13,691 nt of DNA, taken from the NCBI GenBank assembly GCA_964658025.1, contig CAZZXB010000083.1, positions 1 through 13,691 on the forward strand, written 5' to 3'. Source of the DNA: an uncultured Janthinobacterium sp. (GTDB lineage: Bacteria > Vulcanimicrobiota > Vulcanimicrobiia > Vulcanimicrobiales > Vulcanimicrobiaceae). This document shows, in pieces, positions 1-7,061 of this stretch (the first letter of the stretch is position 1; the number at the start of each line of letters is the position of its first letter). The notes beneath the pieces were generated by a model. It was given only the letters and a program-made list of their open reading frames with translations, ran no database searches and was not told the DNA's origin. Both the position numbers and the translations under genes were made by a program.

Positions 1-2
1 TG

Positions 3-1193
3 CGCACGCTCACGAGCCTCGAGCGCCAGAAGATCGAGGACGAGTACAACGCGCTGCAGGCGACGATCGCCGACCTACGCGACATCCTCGCGAATCCGGC
101 GCGCGTGTTCGCGCTCATCAAGAGCGATTGCGCGGATATCAAGAAGCGTTTCGGCGACGAGCGTCGCACGACGATCGTTCCGCTCGAAGACGAACTCAAC
201 ATGCTCGACGTCATTCCGGACACGCCGGTCGTCGTCACGTCGACCGTCGGCGGCTACATCAAGCGCGTGACCGTCGATACGTTCCGCGCGCAGAATCGCG
301 GGGGCCGCGGCGTCGTCGGCATCTCGAATCTCAAACGCGAGGACGTCGTCCAGAACTTCTTCATGGCGTCGACGCACGAATTCGTGATGTTCTTCACCAA
401 TAAGGGGCGCGCGTATCGGTTGCGCGCGTACGAGATCCCCGACTCCACGCGTCAGGCGCGCGGCACGGCGCTCGTCAACCTGCTCACGCTCCCGCCGGGC
501 GAGAACGTCACCGCGGTCTTCCCGATCCGCGAATTCGCCGACGACCGCTATCTCGTGATGATCACGCGGCGCGGCGTCATCAAGAAAACGTCGCTCGGCG
601 AGTTCGCGAACATCCGTCGCAACGGGCTCAACGCCGTCGGCCTCGACGAAAACGACGAACTCCTCGGCGTCGATCTCTCCGACGGGTCCGACAACATCAT
701 CCTCGGCACCAAAGACGGCATGGCCGTGCACTTCTCGGAAAAAGACGTGCGCTCCATGGGTCGCAACGCCCGCGGCGTCCGCGCGATCACGCTCGCGGCG
801 GGCGACTCGGTCGTCGCGATGGACGTCGAAGAGGCCGATCGGCGCGAGGTCCTCATCGTCACCTCGCAAGCGTTCGGCAAGCGGACGCCGATCGACGACT
901 ACCGCCACACCTCGCGCGGCGGCAAGGGCGTGAAGGCGTTCGCGAAAGAGAAAGAGATCGGCACGGTCGTCGATCAGATCCTCGTGAAACCCGACGACGA
1001 GATCTTGCTCATGACGTCGGGGAATCAGGTCATCCGCATCCGCGTCGCCGACATCCGCAAGGCCGGACGATCGACGAAGGGCGTCCGGTTGCAGAAGCTC
1101 GAGCGCGGCGACGAGGTCATCGCGATCACGAATCTCGGCGTGCAGACGAAGCAGATCGAGGAGATCACGGGCGAGCCGCCCGTCGTGGGTTAG
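3..1193 (+). CDS. gyrA: DNA gyrase subunit A, C-terminal part (5'-truncated by the window edge)
   Basis: Frame is open from position 3 (RTLTSLERQKIEDEY...ILANPARVFALIK...KKRFGDERRT). Contains the GyrA-box QNRGGRG (291-311) and repeated beta-pinwheel blades (FFTNKGRAY, MITRRGVIKKT, RSMGRNARGVRAI, TSRGGKGVK, GRSTKGVRL). The intact GyrA-box favours gyrA over parC. Confidence 0.96.
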   Translation, partial: RTLTSLERQKIEDEYNALQATIADLRDILANPARVFALIKSDCADIKKRFGDERRTTIVPLEDELNMLDVIPDTPVVVTSTVGGYIKRVTVDTFRAQNRGGRGVVGISNLKREDVVQNFFMASTHEFVMFFTNKGRAYRLRAYEIPDSTRQARGTALVNLLTLPPGENVTAVFPIREFADDRYLVMITRRGVIKKTSLGEFANIRRNGLNAVGLDENDELLGVDLSDGSDNIILGTKDGMAVHFSEKDVRSMGRNARGVRAITLAAGDSVVAMDVEEADRREVLIVTSQAFGKRTPIDDYRHTSRGGKGVKAFAKEKEIGTVVDQILVKPDDEILLMTSGNQVIRIRVADIRKAGRSTKGVRLQKLERGDEVIAITNLGVQTKQIEEITGEPPVVG

Positions 1194-1203
1194 GGGTTAG
1201 CGG

Positions 1204-1261
1204 ACCGCGCGGCCTCGCCGTCGCGCGGATCCGCCCGGCGACGCCGCGCGGGCCGCGCGGT
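1204..1261. terminator. Long GC-rich hairpin between convergent gyrA and the BTAD gene; probable terminator or RNA-stabilising stem
   Basis: Perfect 11-bp inverted repeat ACCGCGCGGCC (1204-1214) / GGCCGCGCGGT (1251-1261) with further internal pairing (CGTCGC/GCGACG). No clear U-tract. Confidence 0.5.
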
Positions 1262-1285
1262 TACGCGGGGTCGGCCGCGGAACGG

Positions 1286-2101
1286 TCAGGCCGGGCAGAG
1301 CTCGCGCGCTTCGGCGACCGCCGCGCGCGCGCTCTCGAGGGCCACGGCGACCTTGTCTCGGAGGCCGTCGCGGATGAGCTCGATGAGCTCGGGCGAGGGC
1401 GCGAGCCCGAGATCGTTCTGGAGCGCGCGCTCGTGATCGCGATACGCGCGGATCGCGGCGGGGCGATCGCCGCAGCGGACGTGCGCGCGGATCGCGAGAC
1501 CGCAGGCGCGTTCGTCGCACGGATCGCGACCGAGGGTGATGTTCGCGAGTCGGAGCGCGAGGCTCGCGTACCCGTTCGCGAGCGACCATTCCGCGAAGCG
1601 GTCGGCGCGTTCGCGTGCCGCCGCGATGAGGCGCGCTTCGATCGCGTGGAGCCAGTCGGCGTCGGTTTCGAGGCGCAGACACGCGCAGTCGAGATCGGCG
1701 TAGTCGGCCGCCCAAGCCGCGACGGTCGCGGCGTCGATCGCGCCGAGCGGGGTCGATGCGGCGGTCTCGAGGTCCCAGAGATCGACGTCGACCCCGTCGC
1801 CGAGCCGGTAGCCGCGCGCGTCCTGCACGACGATCCGCGAGTGGATGCGTTTGCGGAGACGGCAGAGCGCGACGTTGAAGAGATTCTGCGCCTGCGCGGG
1901 CAGGGCGTCCGGCCAAACGAGTTCTTCGATCTGCTGGCGCGGGGCGCCGTGACGGCAACGGACGAGCGCGAACGCGAGAACCCGTTCGATCGGGGTCAAC
2001 GAGACGACGCGATCGCCGGTCGCGACGCGACCGCGCAGGAGCTCCACCCGGCAGGTCGCAGGCCCGGGAGAAGTCTGGATTGCGAAAGCCGAGACGAGCA
2101 T
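1286..2101 (-). CDS. Stand-alone winged-HTH + BTAD (SARP/AfsR-like) transcriptional regulator, ~271 aa
   Basis: wHTH motifs (PRQQIEELVWPDA...QNLFNVALCRLRKRI...RGYRL...VDVDLWD) and BTAD C-terminal motifs (RDPCDERACGLAIRAHVRCGDRPAAIRAYRDHERALQNDLGLAPSPEL). The ATG at 2101 has an SD-like AGAGGA 11 nt upstream. An alternative in-frame ATG is at 2179. Confidence 0.88.
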   Translation of the reverse strand: MLVSAFAIQTSPGPATCRVELLRGRVATGDRVVSLTPIERVLAFALVRCRHGAPRQQIEELVWPDALPAQAQNLFNVALCRLRKRIHSRIVVQDARGYRLGDGVDVDLWDLETAASTPLGAIDAATVAAWAADYADLDCACLRLETDADWLHAIEARLIAAARERADRFAEWSLANGYASLALRLANITLGRDPCDERACGLAIRAHVRCGDRPAAIRAYRDHERALQNDLGLAPSPELIELIRDGLRDKVAVALESARAAVAEARELCPA

Positions 2102-2184
2102 AGCGTTTGTCGTCCTCTGGGGCGTGGAGCGTGCGGAGGGCGCCTCTTCGGCGAGCCGGTCGAGAAATCGTTCAGGCATGTCCC

Positions 2185-2234
2185 AGACTAGCCCGCCGCT
2201 TCCCTGGTCGGGAATCCGTGGCGGTACGTATTTT
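2185..2234 (-). promoter_or_regulatory. Putative activator-dependent promoter for the BTAD gene: operator box (2214-2234) plus -10 hexamer TAGTCT (2190-2185)
   Basis: Box ATCCGTGGCGGTACGTATTTT is 18/21 identical to 5432-5452. A TANNNT hexamer lies 23 nt downstream on the minus strand. Confidence 0.6.
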
Positions 2235-2333
2235 ATAGCAAGCGACCGTACTCCGTACGTACCGGATCCCGGCTCCGCCCGGCTGGAAGAGCTTCAATTC
2301 CGACGTGGAAAGGAGCGTCCTCGGGGGGAAATC

Positions 2334-5099
2334 GTGTCCATACGGGCTCCGTTTCGTTGTCGCTCCTTCGTCAATCGCGAGACGGAGTTGGCGACGCTCG
2401 TCGACCTGGCGCGAGCCGCGGCGGATGGTTCGGGATCCGTGGCGCTCGTATCGGGCGAAGCCGGGATCGGGAAGACGCGGCTCGCGGAGGAGTTCGTCGT
2501 CCGCCTTCCCGCGGGGCTCGACGTCCTCCGCGCCGCGTGCTTCGACTACGCGCCGGCGCCGCTCGAACCGTTCTACAAGATATTCGATGCGAAGCGTCCG
2601 GTCTTGATGTCGTCGGCCGAGCCGTCGGTCGCCGAGATCGGGCGGTTACTCGATCGACGTGGCGGATCGCCGACCGCCGGTGTCGACGCCGAAGATCGCG
2701 CCTCTCGCAAACGAGAGATGCTCGGCGGGATTCTGACGGCGTTCGCCCACCTCGCCCGTCAGAGGCCCGTGATCGCGATCTTCGAGGACGTTCACTGGGC
2801 CGATACCGCGACGCTCGAGGCCTTGCGGCACGTGGCGGGCGAGATCGCGACGTTGCGCGCGTTCTTCGTTCTGACGTATCGCCCGCAGATCGTCAACGAC
2901 GACCACGCTTCGTCGTCGTTCGTACGTGCGATCGAGCGGTTCCCGCACGTGTACCGGCTCGATCTCGGGCCGCTCTCGCCCCTCGGGATGCGGCGTCTGT
3001 TGGAGATGACGACGCCGCCGGAGAGCGCCCTCTCCGCCGAGCGCCTCGCCGCGATCGGCGAACGCAGCGACGGGAATCCGCTCTTCGCGGAAGAGCTCTT
3101 GCGCTCGGCGCTCGAGGAGGCGTCGCGGCCGAACGCGGCGAGGTTCGCGTTGCCGACGTCGATCGAGAGTCTCGTCGTCGAGCGCGTCACGAGCCTCGAC
3201 GACGGTGCGACCGAACTGCTGGAAACCGCGGGCTTACTCGGCCGGACGTTCGACGCGTCGATCCTTTCCGGTGTCCTCGGCGCGCCGACCTCGCGCGTCA
3301 TCGCGTTCTTGCGCGAAGCGATCGATCGCAACTTGATCGTGGAACTCGCGGAGCCGCAGGATCATTTCTCGTTCCGCCACGCACTCGTGCGCGAATACGT
3401 CCTGCGTCGCGTGATCGCCATGCAGGCCCGCGAGATGCACGAACGCATCGCGACCCATCTCGAAACGCGCCCCGACGCGGCCGTGCGGGCTCCCGAAATC
3501 GCCGAGCATCTGTGGAGCGCGCGCCTGCTCGAGCGGTGCCGACCGTACGCGATCGCCGCCGCCGACCGCTTCGCGGGCCTGCACGCGTATCGCGAAGCGC
3601 TCCGGCATTACGAGTGGGCGATCGCGTGCGCCCCGTCGGCGTCGGACGTCTCGGTCTTACACGAGCGTTGCGCGCAAGTGTGTTGCGCGCTGCATGCGTT
3701 TCCGAAAGCGATCGAGCACTTTCGAACGGCGATCGACGCGGTATCGCCGCAAACGGAAAGCGATCGATACGTAGCGATCTCGGTCGAGATCGCCCACGCG
3801 ATGCGTCGGATCGGATCGACGGACGAGGCCCTCGCCGCGCTCGCGAGCGTTCGCGAACTCGTCGCCGATTCTCCCGAAAGATCTTCCAACATCGACGTCG
3901 AGATCGCGCTCACGTACACGTCGATCGAGGACTTCGAGCGCGCCGAACCCTATCTCGCCGCCGCCGAACCCTTCGCCGGCGGCTTTCTCGGGCGCACGCG
4001 GTATCGTTTTCTCGCGGCGCGTTCGCTCGAGCGTTTCGCCGCCGGAGACATCGCGGCGTGGCGCGAGCACTCGTCGGCGGCGATCGAGACCGCGCGCGCG
4101 TTGCGCGATCCGAGAACGATCGGCTCGGCGCTCTTGGATCGCGGCTTACAGGCCTCGCGGATCGCGGACTACGACGAAGCGCTCGACCGCTATCGCGACG
4201 TGCTCGAAATATCCGGCATCGGTCTCGTGACCTATACGCGCTTACTCCTCGCCGACGCGCTGTTGAATATGGGCGACGTTGCCGGAGCGCGCGAGCAGTT
4301 CGAGCGCGTCGCGGCCGGCGATCTGTCCGATCTCACGGTCTCGATCGCCGCGACCTACCTCGCACTCGAACTCGCGATCCTCGCGGACGACGACGAGGTG
4401 GCCGAACGCTTCCTATCCGGCGATCTGCTCCAGGTCGCGTACGCGACGCGTCAGCCGACGCTCTTCGTGATGTTGAGTTTCGGCCTCGCCGAACATCACT
4501 TCGCCCGCGGTCGGGCGGCGGAAGCGAAACACATCCTCGCGCGCGCGGCTCGCGAACTTCCGGAACGCTACAACGTTCCGATGGCGCTGTTGTCCTTCGT
4601 CGCGCTCGGGGACGCCGCCACGGCGTCGCGAGCGTTCGAGGTCCTCAGGCGGAGTTCGTACGGCGGATTGCGGACCGTCGCCATGCCGTATCTGGAACTC
4701 GCCGACGCCTACGAATCGCGTCGGCTCGGGCGTCTCGCGCATTCGCGTGATTCCGCGGCTCGCGCGGCCAAACGCTTCCGGGATCTCCGCATGCCGCTCA
4801 TGGAAGCGGAGGCGTTGGAGCTCGCGGAACGGTTCGGCGAGAGTCGCGCGATCTGTCGGCGCCTCGGCGTCGCGCGACTCCCGCGCGTCCGTCGTGGGAT
4901 CGACGCGTCGGCATCGGGCACGACGTTGACGAGTCGCGAGCGCGAGATCGCGGATCTCGTCCGAGCGCGCCTGACCAATCGCGCCATCGCGGAGCGTCTA
5001 TCGATTAGCGAACGGACCGTCGAAACGCACGTGAACAAGATCTTTCGCAAACTCGCGGTTCGTTCGCGCGACGAACTCGTCGATACGTCTTTCGCCTAG
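2334..5099 (+). CDS. Large STAND-type ATPase - TPR-like - LuxR HTH transcriptional regulator (LAL/MalT-like), ~921 aa
   Basis: FVNRETELATL entry motif, Walker A GEAGIGKT, Walker B IAIFEDVHWAD, DGNPLFAEEL, FSFRHALVRE, helical repeat region and C-terminal LuxR HTH (LTSREREIADLVRARLTNRAIAERLSISERTVETHVNKIFRKL). The likely start is GTG 2334 after the purine-rich GGGGGGAA. The ORF-track start at 2124 overlaps the divergent gene's upstream region. Confidence 0.93.
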   Translation: MSIRAPFRCRSFVNRETELATLVDLARAAADGSGSVALVSGEAGIGKTRLAEEFVVRLPAGLDVLRAACFDYAPAPLEPFYKIFDAKRPVLMSSAEPSVAEIGRLLDRRGGSPTAGVDAEDRASRKREMLGGILTAFAHLARQRPVIAIFEDVHWADTATLEALRHVAGEIATLRAFFVLTYRPQIVNDDHASSSFVRAIERFPHVYRLDLGPLSPLGMRRLLEMTTPPESALSAERLAAIGERSDGNPLFAEELLRSALEEASRPNAARFALPTSIESLVVERVTSLDDGATELLETAGLLGRTFDASILSGVLGAPTSRVIAFLREAIDRNLIVELAEPQDHFSFRHALVREYVLRRVIAMQAREMHERIATHLETRPDAAVRAPEIAEHLWSARLLERCRPYAIAAADRFAGLHAYREALRHYEWAIACAPSASDVSVLHERCAQVCCALHAFPKAIEHFRTAIDAVSPQTESDRYVAISVEIAHAMRRIGSTDEALAALASVRELVADSPERSSNIDVEIALTYTSIEDFERAEPYLAAAEPFAGGFLGRTRYRFLAARSLERFAAGDIAAWREHSSAAIETARALRDPRTIGSALLDRGLQASRIADYDEALDRYRDVLEISGIGLVTYTRLLLADALLNMGDVAGAREQFERVAAGDLSDLTVSIAATYLALELAILADDDEVAERFLSGDLLQVAYATRQPTLFVMLSFGLAEHHFARGRAAEAKHILARAARELPERYNVPMALLSFVALGDAATASRAFEVLRRSSYGGLRTVAMPYLELADAYESRRLGRLAHSRDSAARAAKRFRDLRMPLMEAEALELAERFGESRAICRRLGVARLPRVRRGIDASASGTTLTSREREIADLVRARLTNRAIAERLSISERTVETHVNKIFRKLAVRSRDELVDTSFA

Positions 5100-5128
5100 A
5101 GACGGCCGTCCCGCGTCGGACGCCGCGA

Positions 5129-5323
5129 TCAGCTCGGCGTGATCTCGATCCAATCTCGTCCGGCGACGATGTACGTGTTTCCGTTCTTGAGCACCACGAC
5201 GCCGATCTCGCCCGTCGCGGTGGTGAGCGCGCACGACTTCGACGCCGCGATCTCTCCTTGAGCGCAGGTCGGGCCCTGTTCGTCTGGGTGGATGATGATG
5301 GCCACCGTCGGGTTCGCGTTCAC
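5129..5323 (-). CDS. Small hypothetical protein, 64 aa (MNANPTVAIIIHPDEQGPTCAQGEIAASKSCALTTATGEIGVVVLKNGNTYIVAGRDWIEITPS)
   Basis: Strong G/C third-position codon bias and protein-like composition from GTG 5323 to TGA 5129. The upstream part of the ORF-track call (to 5509) is not coding-like and spans the promoter. Confidence 0.65.
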   Translation of the reverse strand: MNANPTVAIIIHPDEQGPTCAQGEIAASKSCALTTATGEIGVVVLKNGNTYIVAGRDWIEITPS

Positions 5324-5352
5324 GGCCGGATCCGATCGAAGTAACGTCGCAT
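5320..5352 (-). CDS. 10-codon mini-ORF MRRYFDRIRP (leader peptide, or the frameshifted N-terminus of the 64-aa ORF)
   Basis: SD-like GGGAAAGG lies 8 nt before ATG 5352. Its TGA overlaps the GTG of the downstream ORF (GTGA, 5323-5320). Confidence 0.45.
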   Translation of the reverse strand: MRRYFDRIRP

Positions 5353-5403
5353 GAGGTGTGCCTTTCCCTGGGAGTGTCGGCGGCCCGAGCCGTCGATCCG
5401 TCG

Positions 5404-5452
5404 AGCGTAGCGCGGATTTTCGACGCTCGGTATCCGTACCGCTACGTATTTT
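5404..5452 (-). promoter_or_regulatory. Putative activator-dependent promoter for the small ORF(s): operator box (5432-5452) plus -10 hexamer TACGCT (5409-5404)
   Basis: Box ATCCGTACCGCTACGTATTTT has an 18-bp core ATCCGTA-CCGC-TACGTAT that is a 6/7 inverted repeat. A TANNNT hexamer lies 22 nt downstream on the minus strand, the same layout as at 2185-2234. Confidence 0.62.
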
Positions 5453-5512
5453 TCGAGCGATTGTCGCGGCCGTCCGATCGAGGTCGAAGCGACGGGCGTT
5501 CCCCCGCACGTT

Positions 5513-5545
5513 CGCCGTTCCGTGAGCCGGAGATTACGAACGGCG
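5513..5545 (-). terminator. Hairpin downstream of the 5566..6687 gene; putative terminator
   Basis: Perfect 8-bp stem CGCCGTTC (5513-5520) / GAACGGCG (5538-5545), 20 nt after the stop codon. No U-tract. Confidence 0.4.
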
Positions 5546-5565
5546 GTTATCGGTGCGTCGCGCGC

Positions 5566-6687
5566 TCAACGCGATTCGATCAGATCGCCCTTGTTCGGGA
5601 TCGGCGAGCCGGAGACGTCGTCGAAAACGGCTTCGACGTAGGAACCGAAATTTTGCGTGACGGTGAGGGCGATCGCGTTCGTAAGCCGTCTGCGATCTCC
5701 GTCGGCGAAATCGAGGAGCGTATCGCCTGCCGCCACGTCGGAATTGCGTAACTCGACGATCGCGAACGGCGCCCGAACGCTCAGTATCCGCGCGATCGCG
5801 ATCGTCTGCGAGAGGTGCGTCACGCCGTCGCTCGGACCGACGTTCGTGCCGACCGCGTCCGTCGCGACGCGCGCGATGACGTTCGGCGGACGCGGCGCCG
5901 GAGTCGCGGAGACGTACGGGCGCGACGCGATGTCGGCGATCGTCGCCCGCGCGGCCGACGGGGCGGCGGGCGTCGCCGCGGTCGTCGAGGACGGGCCGGT
6001 CGTGCTTGCGGGCGTCGCGGAGCGTCGCCCGGAGCGCGATCCCGTCGCCGGGGGCGTCTGCGATGGTCCGGGCGTTGCGACGGCGACGCGTGCGGTCGGG
6101 TTCGCGGGCCGCGCGGGCGCCGGGCTCGCCGCGACGACTTCCGGCGGGAGCGGCGGCGACACCCGCGCGAGATCCGTCCGATCGAACCGCACGCGCGCGA
6201 GCGTCTGCGGCACCTCGTGGCCCCACGCGGCCTCCGGGTCGATCTCGAAATCGCCCGCGTTGTCGTCGCCCGGAGGATCGCTCGCGAAACTCACGATCCG
6301 ATCGAAAACCGTCTCGTCCGTAATGCAGTTCTGCGCGACGATGTGTGCGCCCGCGGCGACGCGATCGCCCGTCGCGTTCGCGAGTCCCGGCAAGCGCGCG
6401 CGCAGATCGAACGGCGCGTAGACGAGTAACTCGGCCTTCGCCGCACGACAGTCCGCGAGCGTCGGAACGCCGTCGCCTTCGAACGGAACGACGTCGCCGC
6501 CCACGTAGGCCTCGACGTAGCGCTTCCACAGTGCGGTCGGCATCACCGATTGCGCGCGCCCGGTCACGCCCGTCGCGCCGAGTGCGCGCACGGCGACCCC
6601 GCGCGCGAGGGCGCCCTCGCGGACGAGGGCGAACGCGAGGCACACGAGCGCGAGCGACGGTCCCCGCAACCGGAAGGCACGCGTCAC
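5566..6687 (-). CDS. Hypothetical exported protein (~373 aa): signal peptide, globular N-domain, Pro/Ala/Thr/Ser-rich linker, beta-rich C-domain
   Basis: GTG 6687 gives an N-terminus with basic residues, a hydrophobic core and an ALA cleavage-like motif (MTRAFRLRGPSLALVCLAFALVREGALA). Codon usage is coding-like. The low-complexity linker is at ~5880-6160. The ORF-track start at 6720 would overlap trxA. Confidence 0.75.
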   Translation of the reverse strand: MTRAFRLRGPSLALVCLAFALVREGALARGVAVRALGATGVTGRAQSVMPTALWKRYVEAYVGGDVVPFEGDGVPTLADCRAAKAELLVYAPFDLRARLPGLANATGDRVAAGAHIVAQNCITDETVFDRIVSFASDPPGDDNAGDFEIDPEAAWGHEVPQTLARVRFDRTDLARVSPPLPPEVVAASPAPARPANPTARVAVATPGPSQTPPATGSRSGRRSATPASTTGPSSTTAATPAAPSAARATIADIASRPYVSATPAPRPPNVIARVATDAVGTNVGPSDGVTHLSQTIAIARILSVRAPFAIVELRNSDVAAGDTLLDFADGDRRRLTNAIALTVTQNFGSYVEAVFDDVSGSPIPNKGDLIESR

Positions 6688-6705
6688 GGTCCCACAGGTC
6701 GGAGG

Positions 6706-6718
6706 TATGGTTTTCAAC
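6706..6718 (+). promoter_or_regulatory. Possible -10 hexamer TATGGT 7 nt before the trxA ATG (leaderless-type start), overlapping a GGAGGT SD-like motif
   Basis: Sequence GGAGGTATGGTTTTCAACATG at 6701-6721, in a 31-bp divergent intergenic gap. Confidence 0.35.
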
Positions 6719-7051
6719 ATGAGTGCTCTTCCCGATGTTACGCAGGCGACGTTCCAGCGCGACGTTCTCGCGAACGATCAGCCGGTGCTGGTCGACTTCT
6801 GGGCTCCCTGGTGCGGTCCGTGCCGGATGCTCGCGCCGGTCGTCGAGAAGGTGGCGGCGGCACACGCCGGGCGCGTGAAATTCATGAAACTCAATACCGA
6901 CGAAAACCCGTCCATCTCGGGCGAGTACCACGTATCGGGAATCCCGTGCTTGATCCTCTTCAAGGGCGGTGAGGCCGTGGATCGGATCATCGGGTTCGTC
7001 CCCGAGGCGACGATTTCGACGATGCTCCAAAAGCATCTCGCCGCCGCCTAA
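6719..7051 (+). CDS. trxA: Thioredoxin (110 aa)
   Basis: PVLVDFWAPWCGPCRMLAP active site, KLNTDENP, cis-Pro GIP and LFKGGE motifs. ATG 6719 gives the canonical length; an alternative ATG is at 6707. Confidence 0.96.
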   Translation: MSALPDVTQATFQRDVLANDQPVLVDFWAPWCGPCRMLAPVVEKVAAAHAGRVKFMKLNTDENPSISGEYHVSGIPCLILFKGGEAVDRIIGFVPEATISTMLQKHLAAA

Positions 7052-7061
7052 CTCGCGGCCG

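Noticed and set aside
909..929. Second GyrA-box-like motif TSRGGKG
   Set aside because: Degenerate GyrA-box-like repeats in other pinwheel blades are normal for GyrA.
1190..1297. The BTAD gene ends C-P-A-TGA, which would give a CxxU motif if read as selenocysteine, with GC hairpins downstream
   Set aside because: Readthrough adds only a 31-aa Arg/Pro/Ala-rich tail up to TAA at 1192-1190. The main hairpin apex is ~55 nt from the UGA, too far for a typical bacterial SECIS, and the domain is already complete. Worth reopening only if homologues show Cys at this position.
2124..2333. N-terminal 70-aa extension of the STAND-LuxR ORF in the ORF track
   Set aside because: It spans the divergent promoter and operator and is not domain-like; family similarity begins just after GTG 2334.
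2270..2350. GGAAGAGCTTCAATTCC resembles a tRNA-Sec anticodon arm (CTTCAA)
   Set aside because: No T-arm GTTCGA motif, no acceptor stem and wrong loop geometry.
3767..3776. ATACGTAGCG matches 10 nt of the operator box
   Set aside because: Lies inside the regulator CDS and lacks the second half-site; probably chance.
2357..4750. 797-aa alternative-frame ORF, and the many other long overlapping or antisense ORFs (e.g. 5534..7036, 5657..6421, 8834..10054, 11524..12600)
   Set aside because: Mostly Arg-rich or low-complexity shadow ORFs, expected in high-GC DNA overlapping well-supported genes; no recognisable motifs.
5129..5352. Sec readthrough of the mini-ORF TGA at 5322-5320
   Set aside because: The readthrough frame is Arg/Ser-rich and not coding-like; the coding signal is in the shifted frame.
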